A DNA stretch of 64,000 nt, taken from the IMG/VR virus record IMGVR_UViG_3300025038_000006. One strand, given 5' to 3'. Both the position numbers and the translations under genes were made by a program. The notes under the pieces were generated by a model. It had not been told where the DNA came from. It did not search any database and saw nothing but the letters and a program-made list of their open reading frames with translations. Numbering within the stretch: the stretch's first letter is position 1; every line of letters starts with the position of its first letter. This DNA is from an uncultured virus (IMG/VR IMGVR_UViG_3300025038_000006) (lineage: Duplodnaviria; Heunggongvirae; Uroviricota; Caudoviricetes). Below are positions 8,021 through 18,844 of the stretch, piece by piece.

Positions 8021-10726
8021 TTATAAGTCTGATGATTCTTTATCAACTGCGCTTAATACAACATCTAACGCTTGAGTAAATAGCGGGTTGTGTTCGTCTT
8101 TTTCGCCAATAACTGTCAGCTTATCAAGGTCAATATCCTCGGTACTTAAAGAGCCATCGATGATTGACTTTAGATAATTTATATCATCTTGACTGTAGGC
8201 TGTTTCTGTTTGCTGCATCGCATGTCCTTGTTCAATATCACTGACTTCTTGTTCACCGCTTTCAATATCCTCAGGGGCATTTACTGTGGCTACATTTTGT
8301 TCATTTAAGCTCCCGACATCTTGATTCAACCAGTTATTCGCCTTTTCAATATATTCAGGTAAGTCATTGGTATACTGATAATCTATAACTTCACCATCTT
8401 GTGACCACTCAATGGTGAAGTCATTAGGTGATTCCTTTGCGGACTCGCCATCATAGTTTTTAAACTTGCCTTCAATTTCAACTCTGCGGTTAGATACTTC
8501 TTTAACCGCTTGGAATACGCCTAATCCAGCATGTCTTGATTCGATAAAAGTTGTAAAACCAAAAGATTCAGCAAGTTCATTGAGCTTTTCTAAACCTTTT
8601 TCCGTCAACACTTTTCTCGCTTCCCAGCGCTCAGCATTTGCCATAGCGTCCTCGTCATTATCGGCATAACGTGCATAAGGGTTTTCAGGGGAGAAAGTTT
8701 CAACATCAGATTTCGGCGCTTCTTTTGGATCAAGCTGACTAGTGATAGATTGCTCTTTTGCACTCTTGTCCGTGGTATCTACAAAGTTGTCCTCGGCCTG
8801 CTTAGAACTATTACCTTGTTCTATTACTTCTAGTATTTCGATGTTTATCTCATAATCATCTTCAATAGAATCAAACATATTGACTTCATCTGCATAGTTT
8901 GATTTAATATTATCAGTGCCTGAAGCAACCCCTGAATCGTGATCAGGGATCGCTGTTTCAGGCATTTTTTTATTGTCATTTTCTTGTAGTGAATCAAAAG
9001 ATTTGTTTTTGGGCACTAAAAGGTCATAATGCAGCAATCCATCTTTAACATCTTTCTCAACCACGACTCTTAGCTTAATTAGCTCTTCGCCAAGTTTGAT
9101 GGTATTCTCAAGATGATAATATCCAGACACCATTGGTTTGTTAGAAACTTTGATATTTTCCTGCCAGGTTGCGTTTGTAGCTGTGGCTATAATATCTTCG
9201 ATCTTTGCTACTAATTTAAGCTTTCTTGGGTCTGTGCTATGTGAGATAAACTTCTTGATACCTCGTTTGCGAATCTCGACTTTCGCATTTTCACCCTCAT
9301 CATCTTCCAATGCAGGGCAATTAATCCAATTGCCGGCAATGCTGTTAAAAACATCTTTCGCTTTACTTCTTAAGCCTGTTAGACCTTTTTTTGTTTCATC
9401 GAAACTACCAAGCTCATTGCCGGATAGTTCAACCTTGGCTTCCTCTTCAGCCACATTTGGAAAAGTTGAGGCCATCATTTCATCTGGTGCTGGTATGTAT
9501 GCTGGCTCGCCGTCCGCGTTTTCCGTAGTGTCAATATTGGCTTTTGATTTGTTTTGTTGCATAGCAGCATCAATCTGATCTTTTAAGCTGGCAATATCTT
9601 TATCTAGCTGCTCAATGGTTTGTTTTTTCTGTTCAATATTGCTTTGAGCTTCATTTATATCAGCATCACGCTTAGCTTTACGTTCTTGAGCACGTTTGAA
9701 GTTTTTACTGTTTTTGCTGGCAAGCAACATCATTTGACGCGCCAGGGTTGGAATCTTCACTGTTTGACCGTTTACTGGCGACAAAATAGCGGTTACGTCG
9801 CGTTTGTTTAATAACCATTTCCAGCTAACCATCATATCGCCTGCCAGCAATTTGCTAGGCGTGCTGTCTGGGTTGTGAAACCAAATAGATAGTTTTTGTC
9901 CGTCCGATAAATCAAACACAAAAGCAACGTTTACCACGCCACCACGTTTAAATGGCTTGGTTTGAGTGACATTGGTTACAGATAGGGTTTCGTTTGAGGC
10001 CTGGCTCATTGCTCTAAATAAGCGATCTTTGAGCATTGGCAAGCGGTTGACCGTTTCCATGATTGAGTCGAACTCGGCTTCTTCTGCCTCTAAGTCAATC
10101 AACGCTTGCTGTAAGTCAAAATTTTGTGTCAGCTCTTTAAACGTGTCAGCTCGGATTATATCTGTGTATAGATTGGTTAAGCTGCCACCATGGCTTGATA
10201 GGGTTAAGTTATCCCATTGAACATCATTAAAAGCGGCTCGTGTCGCCTCTTCGTATAGTTCTTTTGATGTGATGATTGGTAGGTAGTGCTTATCTTGTGA
10301 TGGGTTGTTTAGCAGCTTAGAAATAGCATCAATTGACCACGCCCCATCATCTGTCATGTGATCAAACTGCATGTTATCGGTATAACCAACAACAACACCA
10401 TAATCAGCGCCTAAATGGTCGAACTGAGTAACCGCTAGTGTGCGTGCATGCTCGTCATCTAAAGCACCGCCAATGGCCACTGAATCAATATAATGGCCCC
10501 TATTCTCAAATAAGTTAACCACATGCCATTTATCATCGTTGCTGCCAGCTGTTGAATCAAAGCCTAATCCATCAAAGCCTGTTTCATCAGCAATTAATGC
10601 CAACATATCCCGGTACTCACCTTCGATGAAACCGGTCTCATACCGGCTATAGCGTGTCTTTTCGTTACCGTATCGATCTTCTGTTAATTGGCTGGCATGT
10701 GCTGTGCCTGTTTTAATGTAAGACAT
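8021..10726 (-). CDS. darA: DarA-like defence-against-restriction internal head protein (DarA N domain, LPD3-like insert, DarA C-like end)
   Basis: PFKRGGVVNVAFVFDLSDGQKLSIWFHNPDSTP...SWKWLLNKRDVT signature, coiled coil, ELSGNELG...KRGIKK (LPD3-like), YLKSIIDG near the end. Confidence 0.82.
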   Translation of the reverse strand: MSYIKTGTAHASQLTEDRYGNEKTRYSRYETGFIEGEYRDMLALIADETGFDGLGFDSTAGSNDDKWHVVNLFENRGHYIDSVAIGGALDDEHARTLAVTQFDHLGADYGVVVGYTDNMQFDHMTDDGAWSIDAISKLLNNPSQDKHYLPIITSKELYEEATRAAFNDVQWDNLTLSSHGGSLTNLYTDIIRADTFKELTQNFDLQQALIDLEAEEAEFDSIMETVNRLPMLKDRLFRAMSQASNETLSVTNVTQTKPFKRGGVVNVAFVFDLSDGQKLSIWFHNPDSTPSKLLAGDMMVSWKWLLNKRDVTAILSPVNGQTVKIPTLARQMMLLASKNSKNFKRAQERKAKRDADINEAQSNIEQKKQTIEQLDKDIASLKDQIDAAMQQNKSKANIDTTENADGEPAYIPAPDEMMASTFPNVAEEEAKVELSGNELGSFDETKKGLTGLRSKAKDVFNSIAGNWINCPALEDDEGENAKVEIRKRGIKKFISHSTDPRKLKLVAKIEDIIATATNATWQENIKVSNKPMVSGYYHLENTIKLGEELIKLRVVVEKDVKDGLLHYDLLVPKNKSFDSLQENDNKKMPETAIPDHDSGVASGTDNIKSNYADEVNMFDSIEDDYEINIEILEVIEQGNSSKQAEDNFVDTTDKSAKEQSITSQLDPKEAPKSDVETFSPENPYARYADNDEDAMANAERWEARKVLTEKGLEKLNELAESFGFTTFIESRHAGLGVFQAVKEVSNRRVEIEGKFKNYDGESAKESPNDFTIEWSQDGEVIDYQYTNDLPEYIEKANNWLNQDVGSLNEQNVATVNAPEDIESGEQEVSDIEQGHAMQQTETAYSQDDINYLKSIIDGSLSTEDIDLDKLTVIGEKDEHNPLFTQALDVVLSAVDKESSDL

Positions 10727-10762
10727 GATAAAAAACCCTATTACAATAAATATAATAGGGTT

Positions 10763-10802
10763 ATTTTGGCATTGGAGATGTACTGTGGTTTTGGGGTGTT
10801 CC
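10763..10802 (-). promoter_or_regulatory. Late promoter cassette 2: GGAACAC-N27-CAAAAT
   Basis: GTGTTCC 10796-10802; ATTTTG 10763-10768; inverted repeat 10734-10743/10753-10762. Confidence 0.8.
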
Positions 10803-11019
10803 TAGTTTGAAATGACGGCTATATTTAGCGAATGTACTAGCGCCAACATACTAATATTGTTAAAGTATACGATTTTTATTCTATGCTTTTTTGTTTTATT
10901 TAAAGAATTGACACGGGGTAAAAATAGGTGACTAAATCGTTTCTTGATGAGGGGGTGTTAAGAGTGGCTGGTTTGCAAAAAAAAGTCTAAAGCTATGATT
11001 TAGAAAGTTTAAAAAAACT

Positions 11020-12951
11020 ATGAATCGATTCTCTACTTACTCGCCTAACAGGAATATTGAAATGTTTAACCAAGACAATCTTGAAATGCATAGCCCAAAT
11101 ATAGTTGATGACAATACCTTAAAAATTGCAGAAATTTTTCCGCACTGTGTGACTGAAGCCAGAGATGATAATGGTAATTTAAGATATGTCGTTGACTTCG
11201 ATTTATTGCGCCAAGAATTGTCTCAGTCACTGGTCGAAGGAGGGCAAGAGCGCTATCGCTTAGATTGGCCAGGTAAGCGTCAGGCTATTCTTGAGGCTAA
11301 TACACCTATCGCTAAGACGTTGCGCCCTGTCCGTGAAGAAAGTGTTAACTTTGATACTACTGAGAACTTGTTTATCGAAGGGGATAACTTAGAGGCACTT
11401 AAGCTCCTGCAAGAAAGTTATTTAGGTCAGGTTAAAATGATTTATATTGATCCACCTTATAATACGGGTAATGACTTTATCTATGAAGATGACTTCGCTG
11501 AAGATACCTCTGACTTTTTGCAACGCTCTGAACAAGTTGATGAAGAGGGTAATCGCTTAGTGACCAATACAGAAAGTAATGGTCGCTTTCACTCAGACTG
11601 GCTGACCATGATGTATAGTCGATTGAAACTAGCACGTAATCTACTAAAAGATGATGGCCTTATATTCATTAGTTGCGATGCAAATGAACAGGCAAACCTC
11701 AAAAAGATAGGTGACGAAATTTTCGGGTACCAAAATTTTGAGAGCGATATACATTGGAGACGAAGACACAATCAACCTAATGATAAATCAAAAATTATTG
11801 CGCGCGTTTCTGAAAACATTCTAGTTTACGCAAAAAATAGTATTATTTTGAAAGAAAGAGGCACTTATTATGGACTGCCATTATCAGAAAAAAGAGTTGC
11901 TGATTATAAAAACCCTGATAATGACCCAAAGGGTGATTGGACAACCAATCCTTGGAAAGCAGCTACTGGTAGAGGAGGTACAACCTATGAAATCATTACT
12001 CCAACAGGTCAGGTCCATAAGAATACATGGTATGGTAATAAAGTAACTTTTGAGCGACTAATTGATGAAGGTAGAGTTCATTGGACTGATAATGGAAATG
12101 GCTTACCTAGAATAAAAATTTACTTAAAGGATGCGAATGAACAAGGTCAGGCAGCTGTTAACTTTTTTAATCATACAGAATTTGGAAGCAATCAAGATGG
12201 ATCAAAAGAACTTGCAAGCCTATTTGGTGATGCAGGGTTATTTAGCAACCCTAAACCCACAAAGCTCATTTCATCCTTAATAAAGATAGCTACAAAAGAG
12301 GATGATCTTATTTTAGATTTCTTTGCTGGATCAGGTACTACTGCAGATTCTACCCTACAAATGAACATTGAAGACAGTATGAGACGCAAGTTCATTTTAA
12401 TTCAACTAGATGAAAGTACCGACGAAAAAAGTCAGGCCTTTAAAACAGGATACTCTACAATATCGGATTTATCCAAAGAACGTATACGTCGAGCAGGTCA
12501 AAAAATACTCGAAGATAACAAAGATAAGAAAGGTATCGAAGATTTGGATATCGGTTTCCGCGTGTTAAAAATCGACAGCACCAATATGAAAGAAGTGTAT
12601 TACACCCCTGATGAATACAGCCAAGATCAGCTTGAGAACTTTGAATCTCATATCAAAGAAGACCGCACTAGCGAGGACCTATTGTTCCAGGTTATGCTCG
12701 ACTGGGGCGTGCCTTTGTCTTTACCTATTGAAGTAAAAGAGATTAAAGATCATCTCGTCTATTACGTTGGCTTTAATAACCTTATTGCCTGCTTTGATAC
12801 CTTAACCCCTGAATTGGTTAATGAAATAGCAAAATATGAGCCGCTGAAGTTTGTCACCAGTGAGCGTGCTATCTCTCACGATCAAGACAAAACCAATATT
12901 AAGTCTCGCTTTGCGCAGCTATCACCGAATACTGATGTTAGGTTTATTTAA
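11020..12951 (+). CDS. mod: Type III restriction-modification methyltransferase (start may be ATG 11062)
   Basis: NLFIEGDNLEALKLL, IYIDPPYNTG, F.NPKP, LDFFAGSGTT, KFILIQL and DIGFRVLK motifs. Confidence 0.95.
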   Translation: MNRFSTYSPNRNIEMFNQDNLEMHSPNIVDDNTLKIAEIFPHCVTEARDDNGNLRYVVDFDLLRQELSQSLVEGGQERYRLDWPGKRQAILEANTPIAKTLRPVREESVNFDTTENLFIEGDNLEALKLLQESYLGQVKMIYIDPPYNTGNDFIYEDDFAEDTSDFLQRSEQVDEEGNRLVTNTESNGRFHSDWLTMMYSRLKLARNLLKDDGLIFISCDANEQANLKKIGDEIFGYQNFESDIHWRRRHNQPNDKSKIIARVSENILVYAKNSIILKERGTYYGLPLSEKRVADYKNPDNDPKGDWTTNPWKAATGRGGTTYEIITPTGQVHKNTWYGNKVTFERLIDEGRVHWTDNGNGLPRIKIYLKDANEQGQAAVNFFNHTEFGSNQDGSKELASLFGDAGLFSNPKPTKLISSLIKIATKEDDLILDFFAGSGTTADSTLQMNIEDSMRRKFILIQLDESTDEKSQAFKTGYSTISDLSKERIRRAGQKILEDNKDKKGIEDLDIGFRVLKIDSTNMKEVYYTPDEYSQDQLENFESHIKEDRTSEDLLFQVMLDWGVPLSLPIEVKEIKDHLVYYVGFNNLIACFDTLTPELVNEIAKYEPLKFVTSERAISHDQDKTNIKSRFAQLSPNTDVRFI

Positions 12952-12961
12952 GGAGAGCACA

Positions 12962-15900
12962 GTGAAAATTGAATTTAAAGCGCTCGACTATCAACTTAAT
13001 GCAGTAAAAGCAGTAGCCGACTGTTTTAAAGGACAACCAAAAGAGGTCGCTCAACGATATACAATTGATCAAGGAGCTAAAAGAGACAAAGTAGCAAAAC
13101 AACCAGTTCAGGCATCCCTTTTCCCTGAAGAAGACTTGTCAACTTCTCAACAATTAGATTTGATTGAGGAGTTAGAGATTGGGTATGCCAATGCTGAAAT
13201 CAGTGATCTAGATCATGTACTTAGTAATATTCAACAAGTACAGCGGAATCAGGGTCTGCCACCGTCAACTGAACTTGTCACCGATGATAATTCAGCTAAA
13301 AGTAAAGCCGGTATTAATCTCACTACCAGCCCTGTTAACTTAAATATTGAAATGGAGACCGGCACTGGAAAAACCTACTGTTACATTCGTAGCATGATGG
13401 AGCTCAATAAGCTATATGGCTGGTCTAAGTTTATCGTTGTTGTACCAAGCATTGCTATTCGTGAAGGCGTAGCTAAGACATTTGAAATGACGGCCAATTA
13501 CTTTCTAGAAACTTATGGCAAGAAGCCCAGATCCTTTGTGTATAACTCAGAACAACTACATGAGCTTGAAACCTTTAGTTCTGACTCGAATGTTAATGTA
13601 ATGATTATTAACATTCAAGCATTCAACTCGCGCAGTCAAAGTAATCGCCGTATATATGAACCATTAGATGATTTTGGTTCGAGAAGGCCTATTGATGTTA
13701 TCCGAAGGAATCGACCTATCGTGATTATTGATGAGCCACAAAAGCTAGGTTCAGATAATGCACTAAAATCACTATCAGAATTTGATCCCTTGTTTATCTT
13801 ACGTTATTCTGCAACCCATAAGCGTGACTACAATCTTGTATATCGACTAGATGCTCTAGACGCTTACAATCAAAAGTTGGTTAAAAAAATTAGTGTAAAA
13901 GGCATTGAGGTCCAAGGTCTTTCAGGTGCACATGGTTATCTATATCTCCAAGATATCCAAATATCACCTTCTGATCCCGTAGCTAGAATTGAGCTAGAGA
14001 TTAAGAATAACGCGGGTGTCAAACGTAAGATACGCCGTATTAAAAAAGGTGATAACTTGTATATTATCTCAGGCAATGGGCAGCAATATAAAGATCGTTA
14101 TGTTGTCTCTGAAATTGATGCTAGAGACCAGTCCCTCACTTTTGTGAACGGAATTAAAATCTCAGTGGGCCAAGCATTAGGACAGGTCGATGAAAAAATT
14201 ATGCGCACTATCCAAATTAGAGAAACCATTCGCGCCCATCTTCAAAAAGAGCGTGTGTTACACCAAAAAGGCTTAAAGGTACTTAGCCTGTTCTTCATTG
14301 ATGAGGTGTCAAAATATCGTAAATATGACTCAGAGGGCAATAAATTAGATGGCGAATATGCTCAGATATTTGTTGAGCAATATAAGCAAGTCGTTAATGA
14401 AATGATTGACTTAAACCTTGAGAACGATCCTTACATCGACTATCTCAAAAGTATTAATGTCGATATGACACATAATGGTTATTTCTCAGTGGATAAAAAC
14501 CAGCATATGGTTAACCCCAAAACCAAGAAGTTCGATGATGAAGAGCTGGGTAGAAAGGTAGACTTGGCTGATGATATAGATGCTTATGATCTCATTCTGA
14601 GAGATAAAGAGGCCCTACTGACTTTCCCGTCTGATTCTGATTCTGAAGAGGATAAAAATAAGAAAAATATTCGCTTTATCTTCTCTCATTCTGCATTGCG
14701 TGAAGGCTGGGACAACCCAAACGTATTTGTTATTTGTACACTTAAGCATTCGAATAATGAAATATCAAGGCGACAAGAGATTGGGCGTGGCTTACGTTTG
14801 GCAGTAAATAAAGATGGTATGCGTATGGATAGCAAAATCTTATCACCAGAAGATATTCATCGGATTAACAACTTAACCGTTGTCACCAATGAAAGCTATA
14901 CTGAGTTTGTCAACAGTTTTCAAAACGAGTTGAAGCAAGCTTTATCCAATCGACCGACCAAGGCTACTAGTAATTATTTCTATAATAAAATAATTACATT
15001 AAATGATGGTACTACTCGCAGTGTCAATGAAACTGAAGCTAAACTAATTGTCAGATACTTAACTAAATACGACTACACAGATGTAAATGACCACTTAACA
15101 CAGAACTACTATGATGCTTTAGCAGAAAACTCACTTGAACCATTGCCTGAAGAGCTTGATCCCATTGCTGACCAAGTAACCAAACTCATTAGTGGTATCT
15201 TTGATCCTAAATCACTGGAGGGCATGACTGAGAACGAAAATAAAACCACACATAATCCGATTAATAAAGATAACTTGCACAAAAAAGAGTTTATTGAGTT
15301 GTGGAATAAGATCAATCAAAAGGCTGTTTTTGAGATACGTATTGACAGCCAAAAGCTCATTAATCAAAGCATTCAAGCTATAGAAGGTGCTGCTCGTAAG
15401 AGGAATAATAATTTTGTTGAGACCCTTAGATATAAACTCGCCATGTCTACTCAGAAAGATGCTATATCTTATGATGCTTTAGTAAATAAAAAGCTTTTTG
15501 CTGACCCGAAAACGTCATCTGAATCGACAAATATTTCGGTTAGGTCTGAAGTGAAATATGACTTAGTAGGTTCCTTAAGTGAGCAGACTGATTTAACTAG
15601 AAAAAGTATTGTTGCTATATTACAAGGTATTAATAATGCGATCTTTGCGCAGTTTAAAAACAACCCAGAAGCCTTCATTAGAGAAGTGGCGCGATTGATT
15701 AATGAAGCTAGAGTGAGAATGGTTGTTCAAGGCTTGACCTATCATACAATCGATACAACCTACCCTCTCAATGAGGTCTTTGTTTCAAATCACAGAATAC
15801 CTAGTGACTCTCTGAAGTCAGAAAAGCATGTATTCGACTATGTTGTAACTGATTCAGCTACCGAAACAAAATTTGCTAAACAACTAGAGGGTGCAGATGA

Positions 15901-16198
15901 AGTAATTGTTTACGCCAAATTACCAGATAAGTTCAAAATACCCACACCCGTTGGTGATTACAACCCAGATTGGGCAATTGCATTTAATAAAAATAAGGTC
16001 CGTCATCTGTATTTTATTGCGGAAACTAAAGGTTCCATGCTTGAAACAAGCTTACGTGAAAGCGAAAAACAAAAAATAGATAGCGCTAGAAAGTTTTTTG
16101 AGAGTTTAAATTCAAATAACACTGAGATACTAGCTGGGCAACAGATTAAATATGACGTGATTGATAATTTCGACAACCTTCTAAGACTGGTTAACTAA
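12962..16198 (+). CDS. res: Type III restriction endonuclease subunit
   Basis: GTG start with AGGAG; METGTGKT, IIDEPQ, RYSATH, ALREGWDNPNVF, QEIGRGLR and C-terminal YNPDWA...AETKG nuclease motif. Confidence 0.95.
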   Translation: MKIEFKALDYQLNAVKAVADCFKGQPKEVAQRYTIDQGAKRDKVAKQPVQASLFPEEDLSTSQQLDLIEELEIGYANAEISDLDHVLSNIQQVQRNQGLPPSTELVTDDNSAKSKAGINLTTSPVNLNIEMETGTGKTYCYIRSMMELNKLYGWSKFIVVVPSIAIREGVAKTFEMTANYFLETYGKKPRSFVYNSEQLHELETFSSDSNVNVMIINIQAFNSRSQSNRRIYEPLDDFGSRRPIDVIRRNRPIVIIDEPQKLGSDNALKSLSEFDPLFILRYSATHKRDYNLVYRLDALDAYNQKLVKKISVKGIEVQGLSGAHGYLYLQDIQISPSDPVARIELEIKNNAGVKRKIRRIKKGDNLYIISGNGQQYKDRYVVSEIDARDQSLTFVNGIKISVGQALGQVDEKIMRTIQIRETIRAHLQKERVLHQKGLKVLSLFFIDEVSKYRKYDSEGNKLDGEYAQIFVEQYKQVVNEMIDLNLENDPYIDYLKSINVDMTHNGYFSVDKNQHMVNPKTKKFDDEELGRKVDLADDIDAYDLILRDKEALLTFPSDSDSEEDKNKKNIRFIFSHSALREGWDNPNVFVICTLKHSNNEISRRQEIGRGLRLAVNKDGMRMDSKILSPEDIHRINNLTVVTNESYTEFVNSFQNELKQALSNRPTKATSNYFYNKIITLNDGTTRSVNETEAKLIVRYLTKYDYTDVNDHLTQNYYDALAENSLEPLPEELDPIADQVTKLISGIFDPKSLEGMTENENKTTHNPINKDNLHKKEFIELWNKINQKAVFEIRIDSQKLINQSIQAIEGAARKRNNNFVETLRYKLAMSTQKDAISYDALVNKKLFADPKTSSESTNISVRSEVKYDLVGSLSEQTDLTRKSIVAILQGINNAIFAQFKNNPEAFIREVARLINEARVRMVVQGLTYHTIDTTYPLNEVFVSNHRIPSDSLKSEKHVFDYVVTDSATETKFAKQLEGADEVIVYAKLPDKFKIPTPVGDYNPDWAIAFNKNKVRHLYFIAETKGSMLETSLRESEKQKIDSARKFFESLNSNNTEILAGQQIKYDVIDNFDNLLRLVN

Positions 16199-16202
16199 AT
16201 AC

Positions 16203-16231
16203 AAAAGCCACTACTCAAAGTAGTGGCTTTT
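16203..16231. terminator. Bidirectional intrinsic terminator
   Basis: AAAAGCCACTACT-CAA-AGTAGTGGCTTTT perfect inverted repeat between convergent genes. Confidence 0.88.
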
Positions 16232-16251
16232 CTTTCAACACTCCCTGAAAA

Positions 16252-16533
16252 TCAAGTTTCTTTACTTTTACCTATGCGGCGAATCCAAAGCTCGCTAACA
16301 CCTTTGTTGAAAGCATCTTCAACGGTTAAGTAATCGGGATTGTTGATATCGCGTCCCAACATGCCAGGGTAGCTCAAATTATTGACTTTAAATGGTTTGT
16401 CAGTACGGCCGCGTTTAAAACGACCAATAACCAGCCCGTTTTGAGCTGATGGCACAATAGTTGATTCTGTCTTGTCGTTTACGTCACCACGCTGTACACC
16501 CACAGCGGTTGATATAATTTTGGTTTCAATCAT
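16252..16533 (-). CDS. Stand-alone tail-sheath N-terminal-like module (paralog 1)
   Basis: AVGVQ...NGLVIGRFKRGRTDKPFKV...LG...GVSELWIRRIG; clearly similar to 33317-33706 and to the N-terminus of 35273-36526. Confidence 0.6.
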   Translation of the reverse strand: MIETKIISTAVGVQRGDVNDKTESTIVPSAQNGLVIGRFKRGRTDKPFKVNNLSYPGMLGRDINNPDYLTVEDAFNKGVSELWIRRIGKSKET

Positions 16534-16542
16534 GGTTAGTCC

Positions 16543-17211
16543 TTAGCTTGAGAATGATAAAGGTCTTAGTTTTTCAAAAGTTACTGGTATTTCTACTAGC
16601 TCGCTTCTACTGCTGGCTGATAGCTCAATGTTTGCTGACTTAACACTAACAATCCAAGCCCCTTGTACTGCGACCTTTTGTGGATTTCTGGGATTTAGTA
16701 ATGCCACTGATAGTTTAAACGCATATTTTTTTGTTTCGTTAACCGTTCCATCGTTGTTAAAGGCAAGCCTGCGGCACGCTAGATACGACTTGGAGATATC
16801 GCCTTTGGCTGTCTCGATAAAGGTAATATCCATTTCACTGCTTATTTGCTGCGTCAGATAGTTTGCCTGAATCGACCCTGCGTAAAAGCTATCAGATTCA
16901 CTCGACCCCAAAGACAATTCCGCATCGGTAGCGAGGTAACAAAGTGTCTGATCTTTAAACCAGGGTATATCCCCTTTATGGCCAAATATATTTTCTATTT
17001 TTACTTTGTAAATGGCTTTAATTAACGCATGATGAGCCTTAACCCGCCCATAAATACGCGCGTATTCTTCTAATAATTTACTACTGACAGCAAGATCGGT
17101 GTTTGAGTTGGTCTTTTTAGTTGCATTGCTTGCTATATTAAGCGCTATGCCGCCAAAGTCATCACCAGCTGAAAAATCAAAGTCAATTAACTCGTTAACC
17201 AAATCCAGCAT
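16543..17211 (-). CDS. Putative tube-like baseplate/tail protein
   Basis: MDITFIET...ELSASSRSELVEIPVTF pattern resembles the tube fold; late operon. Confidence 0.45.
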   Translation of the reverse strand: MLDLVNELIDFDFSAGDDFGGIALNIASNATKKTNSNTDLAVSSKLLEEYARIYGRVKAHHALIKAIYKVKIENIFGHKGDIPWFKDQTLCYLATDAELSLGSSESDSFYAGSIQANYLTQQISSEMDITFIETAKGDISKSYLACRRLAFNNDGTVNETKKYAFKLSVALLNPRNPQKVAVQGAWIVSVKSANIELSASSRSELVEIPVTFEKLRPLSFSS

Positions 17212-18833
17212 TACTCATCATCCCAAAACATATCATCATCCACATCGTCTACTGGCGTCTCATCTTCATCTGACATTGACTGATCACCTGGCATGCCAGC
17301 TTCTTGACCCGTCATCCCGCCTTGCTCGTCTGCTCTTGCGGCTAATCCCACTGCTATACGCTCTGCTAGATTAATATCCGCCCCAAATACGTCCTCTAGC
17401 ATTAATTGGTTAGTTTCCTTATCAAAGCCTAGTTCACGAAGGCCTGCAAGCGATTGGGCCACAATGGCGAGCGTATTAGCTCTATTTTGCTTGTTATTAA
17501 GCATTTCAGTAGCGGCGGCTGATTGATCTGAGTAAAAGTCAAACTGCCAGGGGTAGTCTTGAGGCTCGAACCACTCATTATATTTAATGCCCCAGTGTAT
17601 GCTCATTAAGTGGTTAAATGCGTCAATACAAGCCTGTCTGATTAGCATTGAGCGACGCATAACTTGAGCTGACGTATGGAAGGCTGCACCGTCACCCAGG
17701 CCACCTGCCAGCATGTCGGCCCAGCCAATTAGTGATAAGTCCATACCCAGGCCGCCAGCTAAGCGACGCAAGTTGATCATTAATATGCCTTCATTCAATG
17801 GGGCTACACGTTGCGCTAGATCACCCACTGACTGAATGACTTGCTTTTCACCATACTGCGGTAGTACGTGGTATTTTGTACCGTACAAAGCCTCGCCGCC
17901 GTCAAAGGCATCTTGTATCTGATCTCGATATGACTTCAACATTTTGGTTAAGGAGCTAATATAGCCCTGCCTCTGTTTGGCTGGCATGCCTTCCATGTTA
18001 AGCGTTAAAAAAGCCTGTTTTACGCTGTCTGCAATCTGTTGATTGTTAAGGCCAGCACGACTAATGGTTACGTCTCTCCATGCGTCCTCAATAGGATATA
18101 AGAATGAGCCGCCCACCTCGGAAGGTAGGATTGGGTTGTCGGATCTTAGGTCGTAAACTAGGGTTGTTCTATCCTGCCATACGTCTAAGGCCATTTGCGG
18201 TATGTTCTCAATACGTGGCATTTTAATTCTAAGCATTTGCTCTAATGACAACTTGGCAATAGTCCTCTGCTTATCTTCATCTTCTAACGCATGAAAGCCA
18301 ATAGTACGCCCTGCCTGCTCAAATGGCATGATTAGTGAAGGCTGCGTAAAGCGGTTGTTCATCAAATCAAGCACGCCACGACGCTCATCTGTATAAATAC
18401 GAGCGTAGCTATCACCATAAGCAATAGCTTGGCGTGCCAATGAAAATACGTGTCGATTAATGATAGGTGCGATATGTTTAGCTTCACGCTCAACCTTTTT
18501 TCTAAGCTCTGAGGCTCTGCGGCCCCCTTCTCTGATGTGATCGCTTGGTGTAATAAAAATCATGTCACCGGTTGATTCATGACCACCTAAAGCCGCTGTA
18601 ACATGCAAGCTTAGTGCCTCTGAAATTTGAGGGTCGGCCTGCATGATTTCCCACATCGTATAAATCTGTCTGCGAGTACGTGGCTGTTTTGCCTTGTGAT
18701 GAAAGGTGCCAAGCTCAAATGGATTGGTAGCTTCATAACTACGATCTACATCGTCAATAGTAGGCATTTGCTCTGATATTCGCGCCTGTCTATCATCAAT
18801 TAAAAAGCTTGCTAGACGTTTTCTAAAATTCAT
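17211..18833 (-). CDS. Portal protein (P1 Prt-like)
   Basis: 540 aa; MQADPQISEALSLHV, RQAIAYGDSY, acidic C-terminal tail. Confidence 0.75.
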   Translation of the reverse strand: MNFRKRLASFLIDDRQARISEQMPTIDDVDRSYEATNPFELGTFHHKAKQPRTRRQIYTMWEIMQADPQISEALSLHVTAALGGHESTGDMIFITPSDHIREGGRRASELRKKVEREAKHIAPIINRHVFSLARQAIAYGDSYARIYTDERRGVLDLMNNRFTQPSLIMPFEQAGRTIGFHALEDEDKQRTIAKLSLEQMLRIKMPRIENIPQMALDVWQDRTTLVYDLRSDNPILPSEVGGSFLYPIEDAWRDVTISRAGLNNQQIADSVKQAFLTLNMEGMPAKQRQGYISSLTKMLKSYRDQIQDAFDGGEALYGTKYHVLPQYGEKQVIQSVGDLAQRVAPLNEGILMINLRRLAGGLGMDLSLIGWADMLAGGLGDGAAFHTSAQVMRRSMLIRQACIDAFNHLMSIHWGIKYNEWFEPQDYPWQFDFYSDQSAAATEMLNNKQNRANTLAIVAQSLAGLRELGFDKETNQLMLEDVFGADINLAERIAVGLAARADEQGGMTGQEAGMPGDQSMSDEDETPVDDVDDDMFWDDE

Positions 18834-18844
18834 TGTTCAAGCCC

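Noticed and set aside
10960..12951. Phase-variable mod gene
   Set aside because: No simple sequence repeat tract seen in the ORF; only an A8 run upstream
12851..12961. N-terminal extension of Res in the ORF track
   Set aside because: Overlaps mod; GTG at 12962 has a good AGGAG RBS
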